This document shows, one piece after another, positions 63,001-64,000 of a DNA stretch of 64,000 bases. A program made the position numbers and the translations under genes. The stretch lies in contig CM120643.1 in the NCBI GenBank assembly GCA_051362555.1, positions 20,092,848-20,156,847 on the forward strand. The letters run 5' to 3'. Numbering within the stretch: position 1 is the stretch's first letter; each line of letters opens with the position of its first letter. The notes under the pieces are model-generated. The model was not told where the DNA came from. It worked only from the letters and a program-made list of their open reading frames with translations, and did no database searches. This DNA comes from Lingula anatina (Eukaryota; Animalia; Brachiopoda).

Positions 63001-63772
63001 AACCCATTAGTTGCCCTACATTGTGTTTTGTCTGTACTTTGTTTGTCTGCCTGATTGTGTTTTGTCTGTTGGTCATAGGGAGTCACCATGATCTGTTTTC
63101 CTTACTCCAGCTGCACGTAACCACGTGAACAGGATGTGTCTGGCTGCAGACAAACCACTGGTGGAAAGTGGGACAGCAGGTTATCTGGGACAGGTCACAG
63201 TCATTAAAAAGGTATGTGACTACTGGTGGAGAGTGGGACAGCAGGTTATCTGGGACAGGTCACAGTCATTAAAAAGGTATGTGACTACTGGTGGAGAGTG
63301 GGACAGCAGGTTATCTGGGACAGGTCACAGTCATTATAAAGGTATGTGACTATTGGTGGAGAGTGGGACAGCAGGTTATCTGGGACAGGTCACAGTCATT
63401 ATAAAGGTATGTGACTACTGGTGGAGAGTGGGACAGCAGGTTATCTGGGACAGGTAACAGTCATTTAAAATGTATGACTACCCCATCTCTTTTGGCAGGA
63501 AAACAGATGAGTGTTGGACATTTGAAAGTAGATCAGAATGCTGGAAAAAGACGTGAAGAACTGTACTATAGATAGCTTGTTCTTTTTATTTTTTTATTTT
63601 ATTTACATTGTATTCTTGTTGCATTATTTTTGAAATGATATTTTTTCCAGGGTTTGACTGAATGCTATGAATGTCAGCCTAAACCACATCAGAAAACCTT
63701 CCCAGGATGCACCATTAGAAACACGCCCTCCGAGCCCATTCACTGCATCGTGTGGGCTAAACACTTGTTCAA
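60055..63772 (+). CDS. UBA2: SUMO-activating enzyme subunit 2, 5' part (6 exons; continues beyond window)
   Basis: Exons 60055-60195, 61031-61114, 61450-61520, 62428-62492, 63111-63211, 63651-63772. Motifs: [58 protein letters not shown], and catalytic [21 protein letters not shown]. Confidence 0.96.
61274..61395. mobile_element. Truncated GCATTCAGAACAG-family MITE in a UBA2 intron
   Basis: gagtgcattcagaacagcagtctaatagatctgcggatcaaatatggcgacc...aaaagcttgccgctt matches the left half of 23107-23294. Confidence 0.7.
62004..62097. repeat. Short tandem duplication (about 47 bp); another lies at about 61815-61890
   Basis: ccatgaatataat.a..gttaatctatg.atacggttactgtata occurs twice. Confidence 0.8.
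63157..63481 (+). repeat. 5 x 65-bp tandem repeat of the UBA2 exon 5 3' end plus donor
   Basis: Units start at 63157, 63222, 63287, 63352 and 63417 and are near-identical. The first four contain AAG|GTATGT. Confidence 0.95.
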
Positions 63773-64000
63773 GTAAGAAGAATAGAAACAATAAATCTGA
63801 GAAGAGCAGTGAAAAACAGTTGTCATATGATAAAAAAATGATTATTTTTCAAAAAGATTTCATAACTTTGTTATACTACGAACTTGAACTGTACTGACTA
63901 GCACACTTAGGAAATTTTTTGGCATTTTTTCATCGGTTCTAAATTAGGATGGTAAATGACATCAGTAGACATCCAAGCTTTCAGCTGTAACTACAACATT

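Noticed and set aside
63157-63481. Regular repeats as a CRISPR-like array
   Set aside because: The units are contiguous with no unique spacers, they copy UBA2 exon sequence, and the context is eukaryotic.
1-64000. tRNA, rRNA, snRNA genes or autonomous transposons
   Set aside because: None recognised by eye; an Infernal/tRNAscan run would be needed to exclude small intronic RNAs.

Overview
AT-rich, intron-rich animal genomic DNA with GT-AG introns, microsatellites and MITEs. It looks like an invertebrate, possibly lophotrochozoan, but the taxon cannot be fixed from the sequence. I built gene models by hand by matching splice sites and reading frame. In order they are: a SPATA48/SPMIP7-like gene (+, 5584-9137); RMDN1 (+, 10296-16831); ECI2 (-, 22420-28499); CDYL (+, 28542-35751); BBS10 (-, 38766-40679); four paralogous 3-exon secreted VWA-domain precursor genes (A -, 41988-43675; B +, 47235-49495; C +, 50371-52289; D +, 53772-55987); and the 5' part of UBA2/SAE2 (+, from 60055, running off the window). 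Three observations stand out. (1) The VWA cluster encodes prohormone-like precursors: signal peptide, furin site, hypervariable Gly- or Pro/Arg/Tyr-rich peptide, dibasic or GKR site, then a conserved VWA domain. Copy C looks like a D/B chimera. (2) ECI2 and its paralog CDYL lie head-to-head with only 42 bp between start codons, and they share intron positions and exon lengths. (3) Exon-intron junctions are repeatedly duplicated in tandem (UBA2, ECI2, CDYL). There are also a perfect 100-bp palindrome and two MITE families with visible target-site duplications. All family names rest on recalled motifs, not on database searches.
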